A stretch of 64,000 nucleotides of DNA, taken from an uncultured cyanobacterium. Lineage in GTDB: Bacteria; Cyanobacteriota; Cyanobacteriia; PCC-9006; JAAUQQ01. The notes below the pieces were generated by a model. The model saw nothing but the letters and a program-made list of their open reading frames with translations. It was not told the DNA's origin and searched no databases. Where the stretch lies: assembly GCA_963718615.1 (NCBI GenBank), contig OY970368.1, positions 3,328,001 through 3,392,000 on the forward strand, given 5' to 3'. The position numbers and the translations under genes were made by a program. Positions 50,907-61,064 of the stretch are shown one piece after another (position 1 is the first letter of the stretch; every line of letters begins with the position of its first letter).

Positions 50907-51974
50907 ATGGGCTCATCCAATCCGACGGCAGCGCTGGAAACCCTTCAGTCAGAACTCTCTACCCTTATTGCTCAATTACCGTCCTTAGAACATGGCAAGC
51001 TGATTAAGCGTGTTCTAGAAAGCCTCTTGGTGATGGCCCAGGAAGACCTAGAACGCCTGGATTGGAAAATTTTGCTGGGCTCTTTGCAAGACATGGAGCG
51101 AGCCTTCACGCTGTTTTCGCCCTATCGACATATTCGCAAAATTGCGGTGTTTGGTTCAGCGCGAACGCCAAAGACGGACCCGGATTATCCGATGGCGGTT
51201 GAGTTTTCTCGCCGGATGGCGGAGCAAGGCTTCATGATTATGACGGGTGCAGGGGGGGGGATCATGGAGGCAGCGAATGAAGGGGCGGGGCGATCGCAAT
51301 CCTTTGGGCTCAATGTCCAACTCCCCTTCGAGCAAAGCGCCAATCCCTTTATCAAAGGGGATAATAAGCTTCTGCAATTTAAATACTTTTTCACCCGCAA
51401 ACTCTTTTTTCTGCGGGAAACCGATGCAGTCGCGGCCTTCCCTGGTGGTTATGGCACCATGGATGAACTCTATGAATGTTTAACCCTGGTGCAAACGGGA
51501 AAATTTGGACCAGCACCGCTCATTTTGGTTGATCGACCGGGTGGAGATTATTGGCAGGAGTGGGAGAAATTTAGTAAGGATCAGCTTCTTCTAAAAGGAC
51601 TCATTAGTCCTGAAGATCCTTGCCTATATACGATTACGGATCAAGTCGAAGTTGCCTGTCGAGTTATCTCTGATTTCTATCGTGTTTACCATTCTAGTCG
51701 CTATGTTGGACCCTTGTTTATCATGCGGCTCAAGGCTGAACTAACGGATGAAGATGTAGAGTTTCTGAATCATTCATTCAAAGATATTTTAGTCACCGAT
51801 CGGATTGAAAAAACTCAAGCCCTGCCGGAAGAGGCCGCCGATGAAACCGTTGGCATGCCGCGCCTTAAGTTTCACTATAATCAGCGAGATACGGGACGTC
51901 TTTATCAACTGATTGCAGAAGTGAATCGATTGGGTGTCAAGTCCCTAGGTGAAGCTCACCCAGAGCAAAAATAA
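50907..51974 (+). CDS. LOG-family (lysine-decarboxylase-like) nucleotide monophosphate phosphoribohydrolase
   Basis: VFGSART, TGAGGGIMEAANEGA, FKYFFTRK, FPGGYGTMDE (PGGxGTxxE). Confidence 0.9.
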   Translation: MGSSNPTAALETLQSELSTLIAQLPSLEHGKLIKRVLESLLVMAQEDLERLDWKILLGSLQDMERAFTLFSPYRHIRKIAVFGSARTPKTDPDYPMAVEFSRRMAEQGFMIMTGAGGGIMEAANEGAGRSQSFGLNVQLPFEQSANPFIKGDNKLLQFKYFFTRKLFFLRETDAVAAFPGGYGTMDELYECLTLVQTGKFGPAPLILVDRPGGDYWQEWEKFSKDQLLLKGLISPEDPCLYTITDQVEVACRVISDFYRVYHSSRYVGPLFIMRLKAELTDEDVEFLNHSFKDILVTDRIEKTQALPEEAADETVGMPRLKFHYNQRDTGRLYQLIAEVNRLGVKSLGEAHPEQK

Positions 51975-52235
51975 TTTGATTATCGCATCCTAAGAAGAGT
52001 CAATGTTCCAATTTTATAGCATTGACTTTGTGGGCCTAATGATTGCTCTCGACCTTGACTCCAATACAGTTCTTGGCCCAGTAAATTAATATTGTCTAAA
52101 GTTATTCGTGATCATTTTACCAACAGCTTTCTTACGTATTTGAGACAGCTTTATCGATAAATTGGGAAAACTAGAAGCTAAGCACTACACGATTTAATTT
52201 TCTGTTTCTCGGAAAATCGAGGATCTTTATCAGGG

Positions 52236-54896
52236 TTGCATTTGCTGTACTCCCGTCAGGAAAGTCTACCAGGACTGTGTCTCATGAGTTACGGCCATGT
52301 TTCCGATCTAGCATCTCCTAGGAGCCAGCCAGGTCGGGATGCTGCATCCAATTCTCACCCGACCGACCCGATGTCTTCAGGTTGGTCTGAGTTTCAGCAT
52401 CTGTTCCTAACGCTGAATGAAAGCGATGGCTTTTCTCAGCTTAAACTCGTCTTGGAGAGTATGGATGATGCCATTGTTTTGCTTAATGCTCAGAGAGCAC
52501 TCCTCTTTGTCAACTCAGCCGCTAATCATCTTTTAGGAGATGGGGTGCATAGCTTTGTGCAACAAGATTGGGCAATTAGGTTAAGCGAGCTCTATGGAGC
52601 CCAAAAGTCTGCCCCAATCTCTTTGTCTGCTCAATCTTTTCTAGAGTCTACAGATTCTTCCTCCCTTTCAGAGGCAAAACCTAGAGTCTTTAAAATTTAT
52701 AGCACGGATGAGCCCGAGCAATGGATCACAGTTGTTGAACGTCCTCTCCATAATCCTCAACAGCAGTTGCTTGGCAGTTTAATTATTTGCCGTGATATCA
52801 GTGAACATAAGCGGGTTGAGGAAAAGCTGTTACATGATGCTTTCCATGACAAGCTAACGGGATTGCCCAATCGCAATCTACTACTCAAGCAGTTGGAACG
52901 GGCGATCGCCACTACTCAACAATCCTCTAAATATCAATTTTCTGTTTTATTTTTAGATCTTGATCGGTTTAAGGTCATTAATGATAGCCTTGGTCCCATA
53001 GTTGGAGACCAACTACTGATTGCAGTAGCACAACGACTGAAACGTTGCCTAAGGGTAGAAGATATAATTGTGCGCTTAGGCGGTGACGAATTTGCAATTT
53101 TGTTGAATGATATCAAAGATATCAACTATAGTCAGCAGGTTGCTGATCGAGTCAACCAAGAGCTAGTCTTACCCTTTAATCTGAATGGACATGAAGTGTT
53201 CGCGGATGTCAGTATTGGCATTGCGACTGGTGCCCAGGGGTATGAAAAACCAGAAGAAATTTTGCGGGATGCAGACATTGCAATGCACCATGCTAAAGAA
53301 CTGGGAAAATCCTGTTATCAGTTCTTTGATAAAGCGATGCATATCGATGCAGTCAAGCTGCTTCAGCTTGAAAACGATATTCGTCGAGCAGTTGATCGGA
53401 AGGAATTTCAAGTTCACTACCAACCGATCATCTCACTGCACAGCGAGGAAATTGCAGGATTTGAAGCGTTAGCTCGCTGGCGACATCCTCAACAAGGATT
53501 TATTCCTCCCTCAGAATTTATTCCCGTTGCAGAAGAAACAGGTTTAATCATTCCCCTAGGACTTTGGGTTTTACAGGAAAGCTGTTGGCAGATGAAAGTC
53601 TGGCAACTTCAGTTTCCTGAGGCGCACCAATGGACAATCAGCGTCAACATCTCCGGTCGTCAGTTGATGAAGCCACACTTTGTGGAGCATGTAAAGCATA
53701 TCTTAGCTGACACAAATCTCTCTTCTAAAAACCTAAAGCTGGAAATTACTGAGAGTGTTTTACTAAATAGTAATCAAGAGGTTACTTATATCCTAAAACA
53801 GCTTCAATCAATTGGTATTCAGCTTGCAATGGATGACTTTGGCACTGGATATTCTTCGATGAGCTATCTCTTAGATTTTCCATTTAATACGCTTAAAATT
53901 GATCGATCATTTATTAAGAGCATGGAAGGGTCTAGGAAAAAACTAGGCATTGTTCGTTCCATTATTAACATGTCAAGCAATTTAGATATGAATGTCATTG
54001 CTGAGGGTGTTGAAACTATGGGACATCTGGCTCAGCTCAAAGTTTTAAAGTGTGGCTATGGTCAGGGACATTTCTTTGCTAAAGCATTAGACTCTCAATC
54101 TGCTGAAGGGTTTATTATTTCTGAGCTTGCAAAAGTTGGAAGTAATCGTTATTCCGATCTTGAGATGTCGGTTGAAGAACTGCGATCTCGAGAACAACTA
54201 CTTCTACAAATCGAAAGCCTTCAACAGGAATTAAACGAAATTAAGCAAGAGAAAGTCGATCTTGAAATTTTATTGGAAACAGCCACAGAACATGCGAGCA
54301 TTGTCGAACTAGAATTAGAGCAAGAGATTTTCGACTATCAGAAAAACGAAGAGGCTCTTCAAAAAGCCAATCGTGAACTAGAAAATTTATCTAGCCTAGA
54401 TAGCCTAACTCAGTTGGCAAATCGCCGTCGTTTTGATGAATATATCAGAGAACAATGGGATATCTTAGGTCAACAAAACAAGCCACTCTCGCTTATTCTT
54501 TTGGATGTTGACTACTTTAAAAATTATAACGACCATTATGGACATCAAGCTGGAGATAACTGCCTCATTCAAGTTGCCCAAGTGATGATGCAATCTGTCA
54601 AAAGTTCTCAGGATTTAACGGCTCGATATGGTGGCGAAGAATTCGCAGTGATTATGCCTAATACAGGGGCAGGAAGTGCAATTAGAACTGCTGAGCAAAT
54701 CCGCATCACATTAAAATCTCGCCAAATTTCTCATGCCGGATCTCTAGTTGGTGAACATGTTACAGTCAGTCTTGGTATTGTTAGTTTAGTACCAACCGCA
54801 ACGGGCAAACCAAATGCACTGATTGACTTAGCTGATCGCGCACTCTATGAAGCTAAGTCTCAAGGGCGTGATCGGTTTATCTTATTTTCAAGCTAA
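52236..54896 (+). CDS. PAS-GGDEF-EAL-coiled coil-GGDEF c-di-GMP synthase/phosphodiesterase
   Basis: PAS/PAC (FVNSAA, CRDISEHK); GGDEF-1 (HDKLTGLPNR, RVED...RLGGDEF); EAL (FEALARW, DDFGTGYSS, EGVE); GGDEF-2 (LDSLTQLANRR, ARYGGEEF, ADRALY.AK..GRDR). Confidence 0.92.
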   Translation: MHLLYSRQESLPGLCLMSYGHVSDLASPRSQPGRDAASNSHPTDPMSSGWSEFQHLFLTLNESDGFSQLKLVLESMDDAIVLLNAQRALLFVNSAANHLLGDGVHSFVQQDWAIRLSELYGAQKSAPISLSAQSFLESTDSSSLSEAKPRVFKIYSTDEPEQWITVVERPLHNPQQQLLGSLIICRDISEHKRVEEKLLHDAFHDKLTGLPNRNLLLKQLERAIATTQQSSKYQFSVLFLDLDRFKVINDSLGPIVGDQLLIAVAQRLKRCLRVEDIIVRLGGDEFAILLNDIKDINYSQQVADRVNQELVLPFNLNGHEVFADVSIGIATGAQGYEKPEEILRDADIAMHHAKELGKSCYQFFDKAMHIDAVKLLQLENDIRRAVDRKEFQVHYQPIISLHSEEIAGFEALARWRHPQQGFIPPSEFIPVAEETGLIIPLGLWVLQESCWQMKVWQLQFPEAHQWTISVNISGRQLMKPHFVEHVKHILADTNLSSKNLKLEITESVLLNSNQEVTYILKQLQSIGIQLAMDDFGTGYSSMSYLLDFPFNTLKIDRSFIKSMEGSRKKLGIVRSIINMSSNLDMNVIAEGVETMGHLAQLKVLKCGYGQGHFFAKALDSQSAEGFIISELAKVGSNRYSDLEMSVEELRSREQLLLQIESLQQELNEIKQEKVDLEILLETATEHASIVELELEQEIFDYQKNEEALQKANRELENLSSLDSLTQLANRRRFDEYIREQWDILGQQNKPLSLILLDVDYFKNYNDHYGHQAGDNCLIQVAQVMMQSVKSSQDLTARYGGEEFAVIMPNTGAGSAIRTAEQIRITLKSRQISHAGSLVGEHVTVSLGIVSLVPTATGKPNALIDLADRALYEAKSQGRDRFILFSS

Positions 54897-55203
54897 ATTA
54901 GTAAAACTATCTTTTCAAAGAGATACCTTTTAATAACATTTTGATGGACTGTATGAGTGCAAAACTAAATCATTAAAAATTGAGAAAGCTATTTACTTCT
55001 CTACAGACAATTATTAATCAATGCCTTTGGGTCTGATGAACGACATCTACTGGTGCGAATATATCGAGAATTTAAAAAGAAAAAACTAGATTTATAGGCT
55101 CACAAGGCATTGGCAAGGCATTAGCAATGTCTTACCTCCAAAAAGCATAGACTCGACAACCTCCCAAATATTCTAAACAGCCAATAAAGAGAAGAAAAAA
55201 CTT

Positions 55204-55551
55204 TTATTGTATTTCTAGTTTCAGGCTTGGCATCAAACGTTGTAAATTCTTTAGAGATTTACCCTGCCAAGGAATCTCTTCGTTACCTAGCACAGTTAAT
55301 TGAACTGTTTTACGCTTCCTAATGTTGATTACAAACTTAGATAATAAGCTAATTCCCAAGCTATTTAGGAACTGGAGCGAGCGTAAGTCAATTATAATTA
55401 GAGACGACTCTTGGTCTGCCATGGCTTCTAACATAGAGATAATTTGTTGATAATCAGGCTCACTGCCTTGAAATCTCATCGAGCCTTCCAGTCGGATAGT
55501 TGCTTGATTAGAATCGTAAAAGACACAATATTTTTCATGGGAAATTTTCAT
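55204..55551 (-). CDS. Slr1659-type STAS-like partner-switch protein (SiaC/anti-anti-sigma analogue)
   Basis: DLRSLQFLNSLGISLLSKFVI..R and IPWQGKSLKNLQRLMPSL.L signature. ATG 55551 is in frame with ORF 55204..55599. Confidence 0.8.
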   Translation of the reverse strand: MKISHEKYCVFYDSNQATIRLEGSMRFQGSEPDYQQIISMLEAMADQESSLIIIDLRSLQFLNSLGISLLSKFVINIRKRKTVQLTVLGNEEIPWQGKSLKNLQRLMPSLKLEIQ

Positions 55552-55667
55552 ATGTAATACTTCTTTGAATGGAGATTGAGAACTAGGCATGATATTCAAA
55601 AAATGTGAAGCAGAAAGGATCGTTAACAGCTTTAAAGATGACCAAATCGAACAGTAGTCCTATAAGT

Positions 55668-56267
55668 CTAAATAGCTAGTTGTACCATAGTCGTAACCGT
55701 TATACTATCCTGACTAGTCGACTCATATTCAAACTTCCAGCCTAACTTTGCCGAATAGTCATTTAGCATAGTAAGTAGACCCAGCCCAGAATCAATATGA
55801 TTTTCAGCATTTCTTTCGAGCTGACGAATATAAAGCTCTTCTGGATCTGAATTGACAACCTCTTCAATATAGCGTTGGAAACTTAAAACTGAATGCGGAT
55901 TGATACTGTTTTTGATAAAGAAGATAATTTTGTCGACATCAAAGCAGAGACGAATTTGCGTATAGTCTACTTGGTTTTTATAACTAAACTTCATCGCATT
56001 TTCCAATAGCTCGTTGGCAATGAAGCTTACTGCATCTTTAATTTCAGCTTGTTTTTTCTGAGCCGCAAGATCTTCGTCCTTAATTGGTAAACAAGTTACA
56101 AGATAATCAGCGAGGAAATCAGCAGATATACCATTATTGCGCCATCTTTTCCTAGGAGGAGCACTACTAGGTGTGAAATGCAAAACTAGCTGCTCTCTGC
56201 AAGGAGGTAAGGCATCAATAAAATCACCAAACGTTGTAGCTGTTGGTATTATATTTCTGATAGTCAT
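55668..56267 (-). CDS. Slr1658-type GHKL-fold regulator (SiaB/anti-sigma-kinase-like)
   Basis: RWRNNGISADFLADY, ANELLENAMKF (N-box), SGLGLLTMLNDY.AKLGWKF, VTTMVQL. Confidence 0.8.
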   Translation of the reverse strand: MTIRNIIPTATTFGDFIDALPPCREQLVLHFTPSSAPPRKRWRNNGISADFLADYLVTCLPIKDEDLAAQKKQAEIKDAVSFIANELLENAMKFSYKNQVDYTQIRLCFDVDKIIFFIKNSINPHSVLSFQRYIEEVVNSDPEELYIRQLERNAENHIDSGLGLLTMLNDYSAKLGWKFEYESTSQDSITVTTMVQLAI

Positions 56268-56295
56268 TGTTTTTCCTCGGAGTAGTTAATTAGTT

Positions 56296-58098
56296 TCAGT
56301 TTTTACGTTTAATAACTAAAAGTGTAATGTCATCGTAAATTTTACTATTGTCGATATGATCGTATAAGTCCTTAATTACAGTATCCTTAATTTCTAAAGC
56401 TGATTGATGACGGCATTGATTGATGCGATCGCACATTCGTTCCAGACCATACAACTTTCCCTCTTTACTCTCCGCTTCTGTAACACCATCAGTATAAAGA
56501 ACAATAACGTCTCCTGGATGAATATAAACCTCGGTTTGATCAATAAAATCAAGAATCTCCTCTTCAAGTCCAATGGGAAAACCCAAATCAACTGTACTAA
56601 TTTGATTAATTTTTCCAGATTGAGTAAAGATTAATACTTCCTCATGCTGTCCACTTATCTTTAAACGCCCCTCATTATAGTCAACTAGCATCAACGTCAG
56701 ATTTTTATCAGTTTCCATCCTCTTAATGTTGTGAAATATGGTTCGATTAACAACATCAAGAATTCGATTTTGTTCCGTTTCTCCATTCTCAATCAATGTT
56801 CGAATTGTGGTCTGGACCATTAACATTAACACGCCACTTTCTAGGCCGTGTCCCGTTACGTCTCCTATACCAATCCGAATAGAGTCTCCATAGCAAATCA
56901 CGTCATAATAATCTCCTCCAACTTCTTCCGCAGGCGTCATAAATCCTGCAATTTCCAGATCCTCAATTTTGGCAAGCTCTTTTTCTTTTGGAAGGATCAT
57001 TTGCTGTAACTTTTGTGTGATTTCTAATTCAGCATTTAGTCGTGTATTTTCTTGTTCTAGCTTTTGATTTAATGTTGTAATTTCATGATTAGCTTGTGCA
57101 AGTTGGTCGAGATATGAAGTTTCTTGATCTCGTAATCTTTTCTTCTCAAGACAAGCATCTACACGTGCTTTGAGTAAAACTGGATTAAAGGGCTTTGCTA
57201 GATAGTCTTCTGCCCCCATTTCAATGCATTTAACGACACTATCAATTTCGTCTAAAGATGAAATCATAATTACAGGTAAATATCGCCAATCGCTGTTTCT
57301 TAGCCATTTTAATACCTGATATCCATTAATCTCTGGCATAATAACATCGAGCAACACTAAATCAAAGCTGCCTGACGTAATTGCTTGAATTGCTTCTAAT
57401 CCACTCGAAACTTCTGTTTTCTGATGCCCTTGTCGCTGAACATATCGACTTAGTAAATCTCGATTGACAGCGTTGTTATCAACAATCAAAATATGAGATT
57501 TATAACTTAGATCAGACTTGTGTTCAGTATCTTTATTCTTAGAATGACAGTTTATTTCTTGTCTGTAGTCGGATAGAGAAGGCGAGAAGTCTGAAATATT
57601 TTCTTGTTGCTTTTGAGTCGAAAACTTTAATGGCATTGTAACTGAGCTTTGTTGGATCAAGTCTTGAAAGAGACAAGCTGCAACTTCTATTTTCTCAACA
57701 TCAGCCCTGAAGGATTTAGGTGCTAAAGGTTTAAGATTTTGGCACTTTTCCAGCAATGGCTGAGCCAAAGGCTGCAACCGTGCTCGAACCCAATGTTTTG
57801 CACAATTCGATATCTCAAAAGCTATATTTTCGTCAATGACAAACTCATCTTGCAATGATTCTATCGTTAAACCGCGACCAATATAGGATACTAAATGTTT
57901 GTTCTTTAGTGAGATCTCATGTAACTGTGACGATAGGATTTGGATATCTTGCAGATCAACTGATTCTTCCAACTCCTCTATTAATAGCTCACTGTAGCCT
58001 TGAATTGCATTTAAAGGCGTATAAAGCTCATGTCTAAAATGAGCAATCCATGAGCTATAGTCTATTAGTTCAGCATCTAATGCTTGAGACACATTCAT
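56296..58098 (-). CDS. DHp(HisKA)-REC-PP2C (SpoIIE-family) phosphatase
   Basis: RHELYTPLNAIQGYSELL H-box; REC (DLVLLDVIMP, GAEDYLAKPF); PP2C motifs EVGGDYYD, IGDVTGHGLESG, LYTDGVTEA, DDITLLV. Confidence 0.9.
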   Translation of the reverse strand: MNVSQALDAELIDYSSWIAHFRHELYTPLNAIQGYSELLIEELEESVDLQDIQILSSQLHEISLKNKHLVSYIGRGLTIESLQDEFVIDENIAFEISNCAKHWVRARLQPLAQPLLEKCQNLKPLAPKSFRADVEKIEVAACLFQDLIQQSSVTMPLKFSTQKQQENISDFSPSLSDYRQEINCHSKNKDTEHKSDLSYKSHILIVDNNAVNRDLLSRYVQRQGHQKTEVSSGLEAIQAITSGSFDLVLLDVIMPEINGYQVLKWLRNSDWRYLPVIMISSLDEIDSVVKCIEMGAEDYLAKPFNPVLLKARVDACLEKKRLRDQETSYLDQLAQANHEITTLNQKLEQENTRLNAELEITQKLQQMILPKEKELAKIEDLEIAGFMTPAEEVGGDYYDVICYGDSIRIGIGDVTGHGLESGVLMLMVQTTIRTLIENGETEQNRILDVVNRTIFHNIKRMETDKNLTLMLVDYNEGRLKISGQHEEVLIFTQSGKINQISTVDLGFPIGLEEEILDFIDQTEVYIHPGDVIVLYTDGVTEAESKEGKLYGLERMCDRINQCRHQSALEIKDTVIKDLYDHIDNSKIYDDITLLVIKRKN

Positions 58099-58100
58099 AG

Positions 58101-58487
58101 CTACTCGTTTGAATAGGGCTGCGTTTTTTTGAGCAATGCTTCGATTTTACTAATCAGGCGTTTTAGATCTACTGGCTTAGTATCATAGTCATCACAACCG
58201 GCTTCTAGTGCCTTTTCGCGATCGCCTGACATTGCATGAGCAGTTAATGCAATAATCGGAATAGATTGAGTTTGAGGATTAAATTTAATATAACGCGTTG
58301 CTTCCCATCCATCTAAAATAGGTAAGCTCATATCCATTAAGACTAAGTCAGGTTTTTCTGCAATACTCATTGTCACACCTTGGGCCCCATCGGAAGCAAT
58401 TGCAACCTCGTAGCCACGTCGACTTAATCGTCGAGACAGCATATCTTGATTCATTTCGTTGTCTTCAACCAGAAGTAGCTTTACCAT
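58101..58487 (-). CDS. Single-domain response regulator (DivK-like)
   Basis: LLVEDNEMNQDMLSRRL, DLVLMDMSLP, IIALTAHAM.GD, GCDDYDTKP. ATG at 58487. Confidence 0.92.
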   Translation of the reverse strand: MVKLLLVEDNEMNQDMLSRRLSRRGYEVAIASDGAQGVTMSIAEKPDLVLMDMSLPILDGWEATRYIKFNPQTQSIPIIALTAHAMSGDREKALEAGCDDYDTKPVDLKRLISKIEALLKKTQPYSNE

Positions 58488-58548
58488 AAATTTAAAGGTC
58501 AAAATTCTTAAAAAGATTAGGGAAATAGGCAAAAGTTTAAATCTCCAA

Positions 58549-61026
58549 CTAAGATATATATGGTATTAGTAATTGAGAGTTTTCTTTTAACCTTTCCTGT
58601 CTTTCTATTGCTTTTAATAATAGATCTTTTAATGTTGAAAGGAGAATCTTGCTTTCGCATAAATCTTTAATTAAAATTTCCTCAACTTGTCCTTGCAAAC
58701 TTTGACGTTCAATGAAAGTTAGATCTTTAGCAGTCATTAAGATAACTGGGATTGCATCATAGAGACTATCCTGCCGTAAAGCCTGTAAAAACTCAAAACC
58801 ATTCATTTTAGGCATCAAAAGATCTAATATAATTAAATTAGGATAGAAACCTGAATTTAATAGATGAAGACCTTCTATACCATTTTCAGCCGTTTTGACT
58901 ATCCAACCTGCTGGTTCAAGTTGATGCGTTAATAAGTCTCGAATGATAGGATCGTCATCAATGAGCAGGATTTCTCGATTTTCTCCCTCTTGACAACAGC
59001 GTTGTAAAACCTCATATAGTCTTTGACGATCTATTGGCTTTGTTAAATATTCTGAGGCACCGAGCGCATATCCTCGACTCTGATCGTTTACAAAACTCAT
59101 CATAATAACAGGAACCTCAGCTAGTTCTGAGTCGCTCTTAATCTGACTTAAAACAGACCAACCATCAATATCAGGCAAAATTACATCCAAGGTAATTGCC
59201 TGAGGACGGATTTCCCGAGCTAATCGTAGGCCCTCACTTCCTGTCGTAACAGTTTGTACAGCAAATCCCTGTTTAACAAGAAAACGACGCATAATGTCGT
59301 GAACGGCTAGATCATCATCTATGACTAATATCGTTTTTTGTAAGTTAGGCTTTGAAAAGTCTTCGTTTTCCTGGACAACACTTAAATTATTTTTATGGAT
59401 ATCAACCTTTCTAGGTAGTTGAATTATAAATGTGGAACCCTCTCTCAATTGACTGTCTACTTTAATGCTTCCTCCCATCATTAAACAGAACTCCTTAGTA
59501 ATTGCTAATCCAAGTCCTGTTCCTCCATACTTACGGGTAGTAGAAGCATCTGCTTGAGAAAATGCTTGAAATAACTTATTTTGCTGCTCAATCGTCATTC
59601 CAATACCCGTATCTCGAACTTTAAATAGAATCAAGTTTTGATCACTATCTTGATCCTCGACGATTTCTAAATAAATTTTTCCACAACTTGTAAACTTACT
59701 TGCATTGCTCAGTAAGTTTAGTAAGCATTGGCGAATTTTAGTTAGATCAGCATACATTTCGCCAATATCGACAGCACATTCTATAATCAACTGATTTTGC
59801 TGTTTATCTATTAATGGATGTACTGTTGTAACGACGTCCTCTATTAAATCTTGAATTGAAAAAGTTTCTAAGTAAACTTCCATTCGGCCTGCTTCTATTT
59901 TAGATAAATCTAAAATATCGTTGATCAGACCTAGCAAATGCTTTCCCGCACTATGAATTTTAACTAAATCTGGGACAAAATCTTCTTCGCCTAAATCAAG
60001 CGCCTCTTCATGCAGCATCTCACTGTATCCAATAATTGCATTAAGTGGTGTTCGTAGCTCATGACTCATATTGGCAAGAAACATACTCTTCGCCTGATTT
60101 GCCTCTTCTGCAGCGGCTTTTGCCTCACGAGCTTCTTCAATGCTATCCGCTAACTCTGTAGTTCGCTGAATGACCTTCTGTTCTAGAGTTCGATTATAGT
60201 CTGCTAAATCTTCTTTTGCCTTTTCCAAGTCAATTTGGCTACTTTCTAGAGCTTCTGTTTTATTTTGAATCATGCTAGCCATTTGATCAAACGCACGGGA
60301 AATTGTTGCGAGTTCATCAGACCCCTTGAGCTGAGCACGCACACTTAAGATTCCCTCTGATAATAAGTTACTGGCTGAGACTAACCTGGCAGCACGTCGA
60401 GTTAAGACCTCTTCAAAAAAGAACCAAACTGCTATACAAAGAAGGGTAAGAACAAAGGTGGATTCTAGCGATCGCTTTAAAGCATCTCCATAGGTCTGTT
60501 GGCGTAGGCGCTTTAAGTCATAATCTAGGAACAAAATACCAATTTTTGAGGGTAATATTTCGCCTGGATCTGACTTGAAAGCAACTGGATATAGGGCTTG
60601 AATAGATTGATGATCTGGACTGATTAAAACTTCACCTGCCTGCATTTGACGAATTTTTTCTATCTTTACATGGAGTTGATCTGCGGGAGTTTCTTCAATT
60701 GAAAGACCCTTGAGAAGCTGAGATGTCGTTAGAAGTACCTTATTTTGATCATCGAAGAGAATCGCAGACTTTAATTCAACTTCGTCTTCTAACTGACTGA
60801 TCATAAGAGCAGCACCATCCCCGCTGACGCGACGATACAAGTATTCCAAGATACCAGAGGTATGGTCGCCCATAAATCTGACGTAGTTGCTTACATTTTG
60901 CTCATTGCGACGATGAGCGAGGTATACTTCACGCCGAAATGAGTAAAAGCTAGAAAAACTACCTAAGATTAGTAAAATTAACGGAATTGAAAGGCGTAGG
61001 GGTGGTGGAAACCGCTTTGACATCAT
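58549..61026 (-). CDS. Membrane hybrid histidine kinase: TM-periplasmic sensor-TM-HAMP-HisKA-HATPase-REC-REC
   Basis: Two TMs flanking about 150 aa; HAMP ([13 protein letters not shown]); [14 protein letters not shown]; [23 protein letters not shown]; two receiver domains. Confidence 0.93.
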   Translation of the reverse strand: MMSKRFPPPLRLSIPLILLILGSFSSFYSFRREVYLAHRRNEQNVSNYVRFMGDHTSGILEYLYRRVSGDGAALMISQLEDEVELKSAILFDDQNKVLLTTSQLLKGLSIEETPADQLHVKIEKIRQMQAGEVLISPDHQSIQALYPVAFKSDPGEILPSKIGILFLDYDLKRLRQQTYGDALKRSLESTFVLTLLCIAVWFFFEEVLTRRAARLVSASNLLSEGILSVRAQLKGSDELATISRAFDQMASMIQNKTEALESSQIDLEKAKEDLADYNRTLEQKVIQRTTELADSIEEAREAKAAAEEANQAKSMFLANMSHELRTPLNAIIGYSEMLHEEALDLGEEDFVPDLVKIHSAGKHLLGLINDILDLSKIEAGRMEVYLETFSIQDLIEDVVTTVHPLIDKQQNQLIIECAVDIGEMYADLTKIRQCLLNLLSNASKFTSCGKIYLEIVEDQDSDQNLILFKVRDTGIGMTIEQQNKLFQAFSQADASTTRKYGGTGLGLAITKEFCLMMGGSIKVDSQLREGSTFIIQLPRKVDIHKNNLSVVQENEDFSKPNLQKTILVIDDDLAVHDIMRRFLVKQGFAVQTVTTGSEGLRLAREIRPQAITLDVILPDIDGWSVLSQIKSDSELAEVPVIMMSFVNDQSRGYALGASEYLTKPIDRQRLYEVLQRCCQEGENREILLIDDDPIIRDLLTHQLEPAGWIVKTAENGIEGLHLLNSGFYPNLIILDLLMPKMNGFEFLQALRQDSLYDAIPVILMTAKDLTFIERQSLQGQVEEILIKDLCESKILLSTLKDLLLKAIERQERLKENSQLLIPYIS

Positions 61027-61064
61027 CAGCTCCTAAGAAAGGACAAACAACAATCGTTGTTTGA

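Noticed and set aside
50907-51974. LOG gene as part of the signalling island or an anti-phage SLOG system
   Set aside because: It follows guaB-yfr1-trxA as an apparently core gene, with no fused effector or defence partners.
51975-52235. Integrase, att site or IS at the island boundary
   Set aside because: No tRNA, recombinase, transposase or terminal repeats are recognisable here or elsewhere in the window.
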